Source: Enoplolaimus lenunculus (Eukaryota). From it: a DNA stretch of 64,000 nt. Shown in pieces: positions 40,001-51,865 of this stretch (the first letter of the stretch is position 1; every line of letters begins with the position of its first letter). The stretch covers positions 1-64,000 of the forward strand of contig JASANG010000957.1 of assembly GCA_030248215.1 (NCBI GenBank), read 5' to 3'. The notes under the pieces were generated by a model. It was not told the origin of the DNA and did no database searches. It saw nothing but the letters and a program-made list of their open reading frames with translations. The position numbers and the translations under genes are program-made.

Positions 40001-43000
40001 TTGCAGTCCAAACCTTTAATCATTGAACAATCTAGAAACAGAAACAATTAAATTTTATAATACCCACCTTTAACTCGACTGATACTTTCAATAAGTGTGA
40101 TACTATGTATCAAGAGTCGATGATGACCCCAGACAAGTACTGAAATGGTTCAAAATTTGGAAAAATTTAGGTGACTCGACTCGCCTCTAGATCCCCACCA
40201 GGCCCGTAGCCAGCTCACCTTGCTGGGTGGGGGGATCTAAAAATTTTTCAGGAGGGGCATTTCAGGGTTTTCAATGACTTACAAGCAAAGTTGAAATCTA
40301 GGAGTCCAAAATTTTTGCAGACGGCTTAGTCCCCCTGGGCTCCCCTTGGCTACGGGCCCGGCCCCCACTGATAAAACTTGGATCCGCCTTTGATTTGGGG
40401 ATCGCCGCCATAAAGTCTTGGGAAGCCGCCGCCTACAATGCAAAAAATGGTGAGTCAAATTGACTCTCTCTCAAATTGGCTCTACGAGACTACAGAAACT
40501 GAGTCAAATTCGACTCCGTCAGAGTCAAACGTGCGATTCAGTGAGTCAAATTTGACTCTAACGGAGTTGAATTTGACTCAGTTTGTGTAGTCCCGTAGAG
40601 CCTGTTTCGAAGAGAATCAATTTGACTCACCATTTTTTGCAGTATACCTGCTTGTGCTCATGCACTAAAACAATAGACAAATCTTACTATTTTGAAATAG
40701 TTTTGCAATAGTTTTGTCTACATTGTTGCCAACGCGATAGTGTCTACGACTGCATGGTATTCGAACACCTTCGAACTGAAAATAAAGGGAATATATTAAC
40801 GGCATTATATAAATTACTAGTCAAGACAATTGCACAAATGTGCAACTCGCATAATGTACTACTGAACATACGGCTGGTATATTAAATATTTAAAATGAAT
40901 GTTGTATTAAGCTAGTCTAACTGACCACAGAAATTGGAAAACTTAGGATATGCTATGTAAGTGCTTCCTGTATGCACAAATTCTAGGTTACAAGGATATG
41001 TAGACATATAATACCGAACTGTCAGACTTGTTTACTCCTGCGCTGGAACGTTGCCCAAAATACGTATGTTTGGCGTTCCAGCTTTCAGATATAGATAATC
41101 GTTTGTATCAAAATCCCTACAGAACATAGTGCTTTACAACGACAAAACTAATACTTCTCAAATGCTGTAACAGGCATAGGTAATACGCTAATGAGGATTA
41201 CGCTATACCTTTGTTGACGTCCGGTGCCATCCGTTAGCCGCACGGCGCCATCGTCACAGTGCGTCACCCGTACGGCACCGTCGTCACCATGCGTCACCCG
41301 TATGGCGCCGTCCGTCACCGTGCGGTATAGTACGCAAATATCTCTCGTGCGATAACTTACCGTACGAACACGGAGACGGACGGCGCCGTACGGGCGCGGA
41401 CGACGCCGGACGGCGCCAGACGGGTAACGCATGCCGACGGACGGCGCCGTACGGGTTACAGACGGCGCTGGCCGTCAAGTATAGCGCAACCCTAAGCGTG
41501 TAGCTAACTAATTTTTAAGCGTTCCAATTTCTAAATGCTGTATTTAAATTTTTCATGCCAGAAAACCTAAAAAGCCAACAGCGAACAAACGCTTTATACA
41601 AAATAATGCCAAATCAACTGTCACAGTTTACATAGCTAATATGCTAATTAATTATTAGCTATGCATTCATTTATCGGTTTTGAAGGTTTATAAACAATTT
41701 ATTCACATTCCTTACACCCATATACCCTTTAATACTGGAATGAGATTCTAAGAATTTTAAAACTACACTGCTAGGTTAACACCCAAAGCGTATCCGTGTA
41801 GCGGTTCCTGAGAGTCGGGTGGACAGACAGATGGACATAGACTCCGCTTTTTGCGAACATTAATTTCAATTGTCTTGGAACGTAATGTAACAAAAAGTAT
41901 GCAGATTTCACGACAAAAATTTTTTTGACCGAAACACATAAAGCGCTCGTTCGCATTAATGCAAACAATCTCGCATGCTGCCGACACTGATTTATTACTG
42001 TATAAAACTACACTGCAAAAATGGTGAGTCAAATTGACTGTCTCCAAAATAGGCTCTACAGGACTACACATTCGACTCCGCCAGAGTCAAACGTGCGACG
42101 AGTTGAATTTGACTTAGTTTGTGTAGTCCCGTAGAGCCTATTTCGGAGAGAGTCAATTTGACTCACCATTTTTTGCAGTGTACTAATTGGATTTGTAAGC
42201 GCACGTCTTCAGTAGTGATAACTTAATTGGCCCATGCATAGAACAGGGCTGGATCGTTTTTCGGAGGGGCTACAATAGTCAGTTTAAACTTTAGCCTATT
42301 TTTTTGCTTAGGCTTAGGCTTAGGCTTAGGCTTTAGGCTTAGGAATTAGGCTCATCCATACGCTTACGCTTTAGGCTAAGGCTTAGGCTTAGGAGTATGC
42401 TTCTACTACTGTTCCAGCCCTGTTCTATACATGGACCACTTAATTCATACCATAACTGCAGCTTTACATTCCGGGTCATATCTGACAATGAATGTTACCG
42501 TTGAAGCTGTTCGGTTCACAAGCTGAAAAACAAAAAAATGCCTCTTGTACCCTTTTCCCCCACATTTAAGGCTTAGGTTTAGGTTCAGGGTTTAGACAAC
42601 AGTTTAGGTTTCGGGCAAATGCATAGCATTTAGCTAAACCATTTCATTCAGCCTACGTCTGAGTCTAAACCTAAGCGTCTGACGGGGAAAGTGTACGAGA
42701 GCAATAAAAATAGAAAATGAAAAAATTTTCATTACTGATATTTTCATTGTATAATTTTGTGTTTTGTATGCTTAAAGTATGCTTTGAAATATATTTTTTA
42801 GACAAATTTATGTAAAAATTATCATATCAACATAACAGAACGGTTAAATGGAAGAATTGTAAATATTACTTACCTGAGGCATGTCTAAGTTCGGATAACT
42901 GCATCCTTCAACAGCCATATACGAAAAATTCGGCTCCACATCCCGGCTTTCCCATCCTAAAACAAAATAAAATACTCGTTTTTGTGTGAAATAGTAAAAT

Positions 43001-46000
43001 TATTACTTGTATAAATCTATGATGTATTTTTGATGGCACAATACTGTGACAAAAAAAAACTAAAATTAATAAACCCCGTTCACAAGTGCAAGTTTTTGCT
43101 GCGACAACTTGCAGCTGCAAATAATTCATTAAAAATCATAGCTAGCAATTTATTTCACATGTGTGAATAACCATGCACGGTTGCTTAATTTATTGTAGCC
43201 GCTTTCTCATTGGCTGATGAAAAAATGCGAGTTCTGCATGAAATTTCCACCTGCGAGTTCTCGCAGCAAAAACTTGCACGTGTGAATAGGGCTTTATACA
43301 TTGAAGTGCATTCCGTAGACATACTTGATGCTAGAATTCGAACTCTAGTGACTGGAGTTGAGAGGCGTTTACTGCCCCCACTCACTGCAACAGCTTGATA
43401 CTCGAGCCCGAGCGTGCTCGCACGTCTTGAGGTAATTTGGACCTATGTATAGCGGTTTGAATTATTAAAAACTGCGCAGTATATATTATTTGACGTTTAG
43501 AGACTGTACTAATTTCATAATAGTCAAATCTATGTGAGAAGATGTTAATATAGATTAATAAAGAAAATGTCAATGTATATCTATAAACAATTTTTCGCAA
43601 TAGTATATGTAAAATGCTGAAATAACTACACAAAATAGGGCGCCCATTACCCATGTAGGATATAAGTTAAACCCGGCTCATGTAAACTTAAACCATATGT
43701 AAAATGAAGGCTTTTGGGCAAAATATACCTAAACCTGGTTCTGAGCCCAAATGAGGGAAAAATGTACTAGAAATCTTTAGTACTAACAAACCGTCGTCTG
43801 CAAAGAATAGCTCAATTCGCACTTATATTTTAGCCGAGACGAAACCTACTTTAATTCTGCCAAAAGTCGATGATGACTCCGAGCAAGAGTAGGCAACAAC
43901 TCAATTACGCAACGTAAATGGCTGTTGTGCCAGCACTCGTTGCGTTTTGAGCTGACCCCACCCGATTGATAGGAGGTGAGTTTTTAGTTGCAGCCTGCAG
44001 AACTGTGTTGACATGCGTTTTAGAAGTAGAAACACGTTAACGCAATAATTTGAGCATTGAACGCGAACTCATTCTCAGTTAAAATCAACTCACTCGAATT
44101 TACAGTGAAACAATGATTTATCGCAGTTCAGTTAATAGTAAAACCTGAGAAACTAAACAAATTTCGGACCAATTGTAACTCACTAACAGGCGGTTGATAC
44201 TTAATTGTCACACGAAGATTCTGATCGAATTCTGTTGGTCCAATGGTTTCCATTGAAGTGATTGTTAACGCAGGCAGACGTGGATCCCAACGAGCGGTTG
44301 GTTCTAAAATACGTTTTTGCAATATTACTAATTATAAAATATTTCATAATTACGACATTAATGTAATGTTTAAAGCTCCATTCACACGTGCAAGTTTTTG
44401 CTGCGAGAATTTGCAGCTTCAAATTGCGCGCAGAAATTGCATTTTTTTCATCACTCAACGAGAAACCGTCTGCAATAAATTAAGTGCTGTCGCATGGTTA
44501 TTCACACATGTGATAAGATTTCAAAGGAACGTTCCGATTGACCAATAATCAAACTGCAAATGCAAGAAATTCAAGCGACATGCAACTGCGTTCACAGGTG
44601 CGAATTAAATTAAATAGCATGAATTCCAGAGAATCATTTGCTGCTGCAACAATTTCAAAGCTGCTTTGTAACCAAACTTGCACATTCAAGTTGCGCGTGC
44701 AAGTTTTTGCTGCGATAACTTACGCGTGTGGATATGGCTAAAGTATAAGCCAAGTTAGAATTCAAATGTATTTAAAATAAATAATTCAACTGGCTCTTGT
44801 ACACCTGTGCCAACAGTTAAGATTAAGGCTTATGCTTTGGTAACGGCTTAGACAAACATTTAAGCTTACACTTTTGCAAGCCTTTTTCAAAAACTAAGCC
44901 TTGTAAGCATGTCAGACATACTTTTCCTAGTGCATATAAAATATATGCAATGTACATTGCGTTGTGTACTATCCGGCAGCATACGGTCCACATATATAGT
45001 CGACGATAAAAGTAGTTGGAATGAATGCAGTATCATATAAAAGCACGTCACGAAAATTTTCCTGGGGTTGCGGTAAGGCGGAACTCGCGAGTACCCCCCG
45101 TATCTTTGGTGCTAAGCTGAACCTCAGACGCAATTATTTTTAGACGTGACTGCAATTGCAGGAAAGTGCATTTGGAACAGTAAGGCAGTACTTCTATTTC
45201 AGGCGAGATCGTCTATAGTACGCAACACAGGGTGTAGCATCTATCGAAAGATAAGAACAAATGAACTGGAGCAGAAGTGGGAACCACAGTTGGTTCCCAG
45301 GTATGATAAAGCTTTAAGTAAAAGTATACTGAATTTTAAAACTCTCAAGTACGTTGGTTCGAAAGTTACACGACCTATCACCAACTAGTAATAGTTGCTA
45401 CTTATACGCATTTGAAAAAATGTTGGCCCATGTATAGAACAGGGCCGGATCATTTTCCGGAGGGGTTATAATAGAGTCAGTTTAAGCTTTAGACTAATTT
45501 TTTTGCTTAGGCTTAGGCTTAGGCTTAGGTATATGCTCATCCATAGGCTTAGGCTTAGGCTTAGGCTTAGGCTTAGCCTTAGTCTTAGGCTTTAGGCTTA
45601 GGCTTAGGCTTAGGCTTAGGCTTAGGCTTAGGAATATGTTTATACTGCTGTTCCGGCCCTGTTCTATGCATGGGCCAAAATGTCAAATGTTTCGTCTTGT
45701 ACCATCTACGGCAAATTAGCAATAGGCCCTAAGCAATCAACGTGCCACAAGCTGCGGATGTTAACATCCGCACAGTAGCAGCGAACATTACTAGCTGAAA
45801 CGGTACCAAATTTCAAAGCTTACCGCTCAGTGCTTGTCAAGCTACAACACCTATTGCCAACTAGTGACAGTTGCTAAGCGCATTTGGGAGTCTAGACAAC
45901 GGTCGGCGTCTTATAGAAACGAGACTTACGTCGATTTTCAGCAATTTCAGACCATTTTGTATAGCCATCAGGGCCGATACCTGCGACCCGAAACGCGTAC

Positions 46001-49000
46001 AAACCACATATGTCAGGCTTAGCGAATTCGAACCACGGTTGTTGAATAAGCTGAAATATGTGGGCATCGTTTAGTTACAGAAGCCTGTGTGAAATCTTGG
46101 ACCATTTATCGCACTGCAACTTGTCACCCGACAGCGTCTTAAGTCTAAGCCCTAAGCCTATGCCATGCCGACAGGATTTCAGAGTACAAGATATTTGTGG
46201 AACTGCCCACTGGGAGACATGGATAGCCCTGGACTTAGAGATTTCGAGGCTTAGGATTGACCACCCTAGAATAGTTTCAACCGTGCTTCTAAGTCATCAA
46301 AAACCCTTGTGTGCCCCTCTTTAACATTTTTTGACACCCTATCAAGGTGAGCTGGTTATGGGCCTGGGAGGACAAAAACATAAATATTACTCCTAAATGC
46401 ACTAAAATACCAACTAAACACTGCGGTAAAATTGGCCATATTTCGCAGAAATGACACCGGGCTTGAATGCCCCTCCTGAAAATTTTTTAACCCCCCGAAC
46501 AAGGTGAGCTGGCTACGGGCCTGAATGGAACATTTTTTAAAATCATTTTACACAGTTTAGTTTAAACGATTTTTAGCCAATAGAACTGCTCGAATTTTAC
46601 ATTTTCAACCGTTTTCCACAATATTTTGCCGTTGACGGTTTTGATTGGTTGATTTCGATCTCGAAATTGAACAATGTAACCACTCATATTCGGTAGCTCA
46701 GCCCATGTCACATTGACAACGTATGGGTTCGATTCATGATCGATTAAAATATAGTCGACCGGATAATGAATGCTTTCTAAAACAATAATACTTAATTGTG
46801 ATTGGATAAACCAAATAATCGAAAAGTCTGCGCCAATCTATAGAACAGGGCCGTAAAACAGAAGTATAACCATATTCCTAAGCCTAAACCTAAGCGTAGC
46901 AAAAAAGCTTTATACCTAAACCTAAGGCTAGGCCTAAGCCTAAGCAAAAATATATCTAAAGTCCAAGATTATTCTATGGTAAGGATCAAAGTTTGAAACT
47001 CGCACTAATTTTAAGCTCGAGCAGTATCAGTTTAACTCGATTGCTTAGTTTTCAAGTGGGTGTATTTGACAAAGTTGTGGATCCGACAAACTTTGATCTT
47101 TTTCCGAGTTAAGTTCCAAAATCGACTAAAGGTATATCAAAAGTGAGTTTAAATGGGGTTTATGCTGACCAAAATGACCAAAAATACAATGGACAATCAG
47201 AAATTATAACGCTAGCTATACGTAACCCTTTCTCACATAAATATTTTCTATTTCCCCTGAGACCTACTTTTATGCTAGGATTCGAACTCCAGTGACTGGA
47301 GTGGGAGGCGTATACCATCACCACTCAGCTATAGGAGCTTGACGCTCGAGCCCGAGGGGACTCTCACGTCTTGTGGTGATTTAGTACTACGTATACGTGT
47401 TGCAATTGTTAAACACGGTGCGATATTTACTATTTAACGTGTATACGCTGCGCTGAGTTGCCTACAAGCAACTCAATCTGAGAAGGGGTTAAAATACAAT
47501 TTATACGTAATATAATTTATGTTAACGTAGAAATATGTCGAATTACAGTTTAAAGATAAAAGAAACCAATATTATAAAAATCAATACACTGTAAATTTCA
47601 GTGAGTTGATTTTAACTCAGAATGAGTTGTATCACTCAGTCTGACTTAGGACTATTAGAACTCAGAATTTTGACTTGATTCAATTCATTCTGAGTTAATT
47701 AATCAACTCACCCAGAGTCAACTCAACATAGAGCTACAATTAACTCAACTGAGAGTGAGTTAATGTTCACTGATATTAATTCAGAAATAACCAACTCGCT
47801 TGCTGAATTGATTAATCAACTCATTGCAAATTACAGCGTACCTGGTATTTCACTGTTGGGTTCATTGTTTGAATCAACCGTTTCGTTTTCAAGCTTCATC
47901 ATCATCGCGCGGCACAGCGACCAACACGATTCTGTTGTATCCTAAAACATATATGAAAATTGAATAACAGATTAAAACATTCGCCATAATGCAATTTTAG
48001 TACCACAAAATTGAAAAAGTATAGATAGGTGTTTAGTAGATATCTCGGAGTTTCAGATAGCATATATACATACACACATATATGTATACATATAGTATAT
48101 ATTTGTATATAAACATTATACATAATATATATTATATATGCATTTATAGGCCCATGTATAGAACAGGGCCAAAACGTTTCACTGCGGGGTTGTAATAGAG
48201 TCAGTTTTAGACACAAAAATTTTGTTAAGGTATCGGTTAAGGAATATGCTTATACTACTGTTATGGACCTAATCTGCATACATTTCATGTCAGATATTAT
48301 TGAAAATTTTAAACTTTAAACCATTGATATATTTGCTATTTGCTGAAAAAACTTGAAAATTTTACAGCAGAGAAGTATGCTTCACTCGTCGGAAAATCCA
48401 TAGGCAAATTTCAAAACTTACACACGTCCCAAACTGAACAATGGCTTCATTGCAAATTGAAGTGCAATTTGATTCCTGAAACTTAAAAATGAATTTTATA
48501 ATTTGTACAATTTTATAAGCATTGGTTGAGTTGCGAATACATAACATAAGTCAAATTTAAAATTAAGTCGACATTTATATTTAAGGTTTTCTGGTTGCAC
48601 TTACTTACAGCAAGAGTCGCGATTGGCTGGGTTTCCAAAACTTTACTTAAGTACGATTTAGTACTTAACTACGTGTTAAGTAATTACTTAATCATTTTGT
48701 CGTTTTAAGAGCTATTTTAACTTAAGTAAAATACATAAGTCGCTGACCAAATTTGATAGACTAAAAAGTTACCATTAAACAATACTGACATTGGTCAAAT
48801 TGAAATTATAGACTATTGGTCTCTCCTCAATATAAAGCAAAACTATTACTTTCTTGTTTTGACAATTTCTGACATTTACCGTTTATTTGTTTTTGCTCGA
48901 CAATTTCAGTATTTACATAAGTCGGCCACTTAAGTAATTGCTTAAATGTAACAAAAGTAAATACTTAAGTAAGACTTCAAAAACCCAACCAATGACTCTT

Positions 49001-51865
49001 TTTACAACAGCATGCAACAGAGTACATTCTGTGTAAAAGCGGCGTACCGAGGGGGGGTCGGAGGGGGGGCCGAGGGGCGCGCGCTTACCCCCAATCAGAA
49101 TCAGTTCGTGTATCAATTTACATTAGATACAAACATTACGCCTAGCTTCTCGCTCGCTTCGCTAGCGAGGTTGTTATTCGATTTTCAAAGAATTTTGCTT
49201 GTTGCGCTGTTCCAAAGAAGACTTTATCGGTTAATACCCAGCCGAATCAGGTCAAAGTTAAAGATAATATAAATTGTGCAAAGTTACACAGTTATGCAGT
49301 TGCTAGACCGGGGGGTGGGTGCCGGTTTGATGATTTAGACCAAGCAGTTCATGAATATAGAAACGGTTTTGAGACTCAGACAGAGGGATTTAATACTGAA
49401 ATAATGCAAATAGCTTCTTGATCGCTTCGTTCGCGAATTGTTCCAAACTCGCCATAATAAAATCCTGGCTACAAGACTTCGTACACTCTGTTTAAACTGC
49501 AAGACAAAAGTAACCCAACAAAGACCCTAAACTGAAGTTTTGGACTAGAGTTCAAGGTAATAGGTGGGTAGGTTTTCGCTCGCTTTGCTCTTGGTATTTT
49601 CTTCGAAAATCATGTTCACGTACTTAAGCAACGACCATATCAGTTTGGCCCAGCTACCCAGCCCGCTAACAATTTAGGAGACTTAACACGAAAACTCTGA
49701 AGTTGGCCTCGGATCCGACCAGGAAAGCGTGACCAATTTAATATATAAAAATATAGATGGGTCACTGCTAAGGGTTTTTAGATTTACTTTTAGGTGGAAA
49801 GTTAAGGCACAAACCTGGCAGGATGCGGCCCCCCAATCCAAATTTCTCGGTACGCCACTGCTGTGTAGAAAAGAATGTACCCGGCACGCGTTGCAATTTT
49901 AGCCTACCTCCATGTATCTAGAGGGAGTTACATCCTGTGCGAACCATGTCATTTATGTTGTATCCCCTCTAATTAACCCCTTCTCACATAGAGTTGACTA
50001 TGGGCAACTCTCAGCGCAATGTATATACGTTAAGTAATATATATCGTCACAGTGTTTAACAATTGCAACACGTATACATAGTACTAAATCACCACAAGAC
50101 GTGAGAGCCCCCTCGGGCTCGTGCGTCAAGCTCCTATAGCTGAGTGGTGATGGTAAACACCTCCCACTCCAGTCCCTGGAGTTCGAATCCTAGCATAAAT
50201 GTAGGTCTCAGATGAAATAGAAAATATTCATGTGATAAACGGTTAAGGAGGGTGGACTAAAAACGCAACGCGTGCCGGGAACATTCTCATCTACACAGAA
50301 CGTACCCAGTTGCATACTCTTGTTGAAGTATGCATCATCCACTCTCGCTTAAAGTTTAGTGAAAGTAGAAAAACTTAAAATAAAACTCAAAGATTTTCAG
50401 TAAAGATATTTATTTAGCAAAAAAAACTATATAGCGGGAGAAGCGTTGGCTAATTTACAGTTTTCAACAAGTAATACTTGTAAGTCACTGAAAACCCTTG
50501 TATGCCCCTCCTGAATAATTTCTAGCTATCTAGCAAGGTAAGCGACGTAGCTAAAGTTTGACTGGGAAAAATGTAACCTTGAGAAAATTTTCTGACCGAA
50601 AATAGATCCAGAAGACTTCATTATAAACCAGGCCCATGTAAAGATCTGAAGCGGTACGTATTTCTGTGAGACTGCATTAGAGTTAGCCTAAGCTTTAGAC
50701 TAATTTTATTGTTTGGCTTAGGTTTAGGCTTAGGCTTAGGAATATGCTCACTCTTACGCTTAGGCTTAGGCTTAGCATAAGGTTTAGGCTTAGGTTTAGG
50801 AATATGCTCACTCTTACGCTTAGGCTTAAGCTTAGGCTTAGGAATATGCTTATAATACTGCTCCGCCCCTGTTCTTTACATTGGCCCTAAACCATGTTAA
50901 AAGTGCGTTATGGCTGTAAGAATTTCGGGAATAGATACTTTCCGCCTATTCCTCCCCTTGCATACGCATATGCCCGCATTCATTCAGCTAATAAGCATGG
51001 TTAGAAAACACATAATCAGCCAATCATTTTAAATTTGATTGTTCATGGGTCAGTACTGTATTGACCCGAATAAGAGGGGAAGGGGTAATAAGAGGGAGGG
51101 TCCCCATTTTGAGTCCGAATCAATAGGAGTCCGTATTCCTAATAAGAGTCCGTAAGTGGATAGAGTCCCTACGCCCTAATTAGAGTCCATAAATGTCAAT
51201 TAACCCTAATTGTAGCGTATAAATGACTCCAGGACCAAACAATTTGAGTTCGAAACTTTAAAGCGTACGTAAATTTTGAAAGTACATTCCTAAGTATAAC
51301 CTTGCATTGTCGCTCAAGCTATTAACACAACATAAATAAACGGTTAATTCAACGAATAACTGCAGTACCGGATATGTATCAGTACCGAAGGGCGGCGGAG
51401 CGTGGGTTAAAAATAAATAACTGTCCGTAGCCGAATAACAAGGGGGGGTACCCTCTGGAGAGGCCAAATCAATATCAGTCTTCCGCCTCTTATTCGGGTC
51501 ACTACAGTAGCCGAAATACAAACCAGAAAGCCTCAACCGCATGGAAAAAATAGGTTCAAAAAAGCTAAAAAATCAGCAAACCAGTTTACTTGTGAAGTTT
51601 GATCAGTCAGCTCGCATCGCGCATAACACCATCCATAGCATAGAAACCATGCATCGTTATTAACACTGCCGCTTGGAAACGCTAAATAATCACCCGGGTC
51701 AGAATTGGATTGACCCTGTGTGCCAACGGCCCCGTCGTCGACATTAACAGACACAACTGTGATCGACCAGCTCGCTAACTCAACAACCACCATCAAGTAA
51801 ACGGCTAAAATGGTTGAGATTCGATTAGAATTGCCAAAATCGAATATAAATTTGAGTACTGACAT
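25030..51865 (-). CDS. Receptor tyrosine kinase, ~1287 aa: signal peptide, Cys-rich N-terminus, FN3-like ectodomain, TM, split kinase (RET/FGFR/Torso-like class), long Ser/Pro-rich tail
   Basis: 21 phase-consistent exons (minus): 51865-51590, 48475-48422, 47941-47842, 46776-46601, 46050-45930, 44303-44184, 42956-42874, 42522-42451, 40775-40688, 40031-39987, 39503-39397, 38048-37908, 36853-36694, 35620-35395, 34589-34492, 32765-32661, 30852-30659, 29482-29285, 28793-28663, 28281-28126, 26242-25030 (3864 nt). Kinase motifs [62 protein letters not shown]3 motifs VNVTW...GYIVQFR...[29 protein letters not shown]. Confidence 0.9.
26252..26600. repeat. (AAT)n microsatellite with ~60-bp higher-order repeat
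   Basis: AAT runs punctuated by recurring aattaattgt...acaataataatacttataactgt blocks, next to the acceptor of the last RTK exon. Confidence 0.9.
27336..27408 (-). mobile_element. tRNA-derived SINE head or tRNA pseudogene
   Basis: Minus strand GGGCTACGTGGCGCAGTGGTAGAGTGC...GAGAGTTCGATCCCCGCTCTAGCCC: A box TGGCGCAGTGG, B box GTTCGATCC, partial acceptor stem, poor anticodon arm. Confidence 0.65.
27580..27990. mobile_element. Tc1/pogo-like MITE (TA-flanked, CTGTA...TACAG ends)
   Basis: ta|ctgtaatgaacagaataaga...cttattcgagtcactacag|ta. A homologous copy in the opposite orientation lies at ~51057-51507. Confidence 0.7.
32884..32953 (-). mobile_element. tRNA-derived SINE head or tRNA pseudogene
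   Basis: Minus strand GGTTGCGCAGCTGAGATGTAGAGTAG...CGTGGGTTCGAGCCTCACC: degenerate A box and T-arm B box. Confidence 0.55.
38958..39310. mobile_element. TIR element family F (CAGGGTGCAACCGG...CCGGTTGCACC, with internal CTCCGG repeats)
   Basis: Termini cagggtacaaccggag...ctccggttgcaccttg. Related sequence at ~35640-35940, ~61110-61485, ~63620-64000, with short ends near 30152 and 30922. Confidence 0.65.
40200..40360. mobile_element. hAT-like short element (caggcccgtagcca...tggctacgggcc)
   Basis: Inverted ends ggcccgtagcc/ggctacgggcc. Related fragments at ~813-899, ~5930-6000, ~46465-46523, ~54020-54150. Confidence 0.55.
41195..41492. mobile_element. GC-rich Harbinger-like MITE with internal cacccgtacggcgccgtc repeats
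   Basis: Inverted ends cgctatac...gtatagcgcaaccc followed by taa. A shorter relative lies at ~63099-63262. Confidence 0.6.

Noticed and set aside
36500..41125. Candidate RTK exons at ~36500-36596 and ~41030-41117
   Set aside because: The two segments resemble each other (ctgcccaaaatacgta...ttccagcttt) like a dispersed repeat, contain stops, and are not needed for the phase-consistent model.
45425..45676. True telomere or chromosome fusion site (long TTAGGC run)
   Set aside because: The runs are short and enclosed by MITE TIRs, and they recur in both orientations throughout the introns.
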